Positions 63,199-64,000 of a stretch of 64,000 bases of DNA are shown here, piece by piece. This stretch comes from Perkinsus chesapeaki ATCC PRA-425. Lineage: Eukaryota; Protista; Perkinsozoa. Below the pieces are notes generated by a model. It ran no database searches. It was not told where the DNA came from and saw nothing but the letters and a program-made list of their open reading frames with translations. A program made the translations under genes and the position numbers. Where the stretch lies: NCBI GenBank assembly GCA_013115145.1, contig JAAPAO010000042.1:1-64000 (forward strand), given 5' to 3'. Position 1 is the stretch's first letter. Each line of letters opens with the position of its first letter.

Positions 63199-64000
63199 AT
63201 GCCAAATACAAACTCTATTTATTTTTTAATAATAGTATCCCTCTCGACTATCACCCTATCATCTGGTCTTCCTGTAATGATAACTTGCACCGGTGGGCCA
63301 GAGAGCATTTTGGAAGTACTCAGCGGACAGACCACAAGCATAGAGATGCTGTTCGACTGTGGGCAACCTGTTCAAGGCATCAGCCGATCATCTTACATTG
63401 TTGACTCTACCAGAAGATGGCTACCAATAAGATGGGAACTACAGTCCAACATTTCGGACGTGAAAATCAATGGTTCGCAAATCCGGCTAGGTGTTCAATT
63501 GAAAGCCAAAATGGGCAGCTTTGGCTACTACGAGATGCTGGCCATGTTATTTAGCGAGGAGGACGATAACACCGACTACTACGCTCGGTTCAATGTCAGT
63601 GTAGTTCCAGAAAAAGGAGTGGGAGAAGCCAAGTTTGACGATGGGCTGTGGTCGCAATGGTTTTATAACCCTGTCTCTGGTGATCGTACTTTCAACTTTA
63701 ACGCCTCTGCAGCCAGCGCGCCTGACAGACTGCTGTCTAAGCCGATGAATTTGAAATTAGCTTGCCAGGATATTTTGCTGACTGACCGATTCGGTGCTAC
63801 CATACCAGACACACATTGCCGATGGTTGCAGTCAAGGTTCACTCAAAAGAGCTTTTATAATGGCACTCACCATGTCACCACGGGAACGATAACTTTGAAG
63901 CCCGAAGACGTGGCACCGGGGTCACCATTAGACCAGATCAATCCTTGCTTTGCCCTAACAGACGACTTTCACGAGTACGAGTATAGTCCACAGTGGAATA
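63199..64000 (+). CDS. Putative secreted glycoprotein, 5' part (open to the window end)
   Basis: ATG at 63199, then 267 codons without a stop. Signal-like MPNTNSIYFLIIVSLSTITLSSG and several N-x-S/T sequons. It is absent from the ORF track because it has no stop in the window. Confidence 0.6.
   Translation, partial: MPNTNSIYFLIIVSLSTITLSSGLPVMITCTGGPESILEVLSGQTTSIEMLFDCGQPVQGISRSSYIVDSTRRWLPIRWELQSNISDVKINGSQIRLGVQLKAKMGSFGYYEMLAMLFSEEDDNTDYYARFNVSVVPEKGVGEAKFDDGLWSQWFYNPVSGDRTFNFNASAASAPDRLLSKPMNLKLACQDILLTDRFGATIPDTHCRWLQSRFTQKSFYNGTHHVTTGTITLKPEDVAPGSPLDQINPCFALTDDFHEYEYSPQWN

Overview
Eukaryotic genomic DNA with many short GT-AG introns. It is most likely an alveolate of the Perkinsus type; this is inferred from the aspartic-protease families and intron style, not database-checked. 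The window is a fast-turnover accessory region. Apparently intact genes are a 9-exon 2-methylisocitrate lyase (PrpB-like), a multi-exon TUL1/FLY1-like membrane RING-H2 E3 ligase, two intronless pepsin-like aspartic proteases, four small secreted cysteine-rich peptide genes, tRNA-Glu(TTC), and a secreted-protein ORF running off the right edge. Broken genes include two PrpB fragments, a cytochrome P450, a third aspartic protease, an L-2-hydroxyglutarate dehydrogenase-like gene, coiled-coil genes and a SAM-methyltransferase-like gene. There are also segmental duplicates, a 28-bp satellite with an assembly gap, and tRNA relics. Three signals stand out. (1) Three secreted 8-Cys prepropeptides share an RxLx(K/R)xSNCxxCxxC signature, which resembles a PEXEL/RxLR-type processing site, and are interspersed with aspartic proteases. 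(2) Perfect palindromes with exactly one unpaired central base occur across the window, often chained. They are copy-specific between paralogues and sit at gene-breaking lesions, which suggests an active hairpin/snap-back mutational process. (3) Several introns carry ~10-bp-phased AAAATTT tracts, resembling nematode PATCs.
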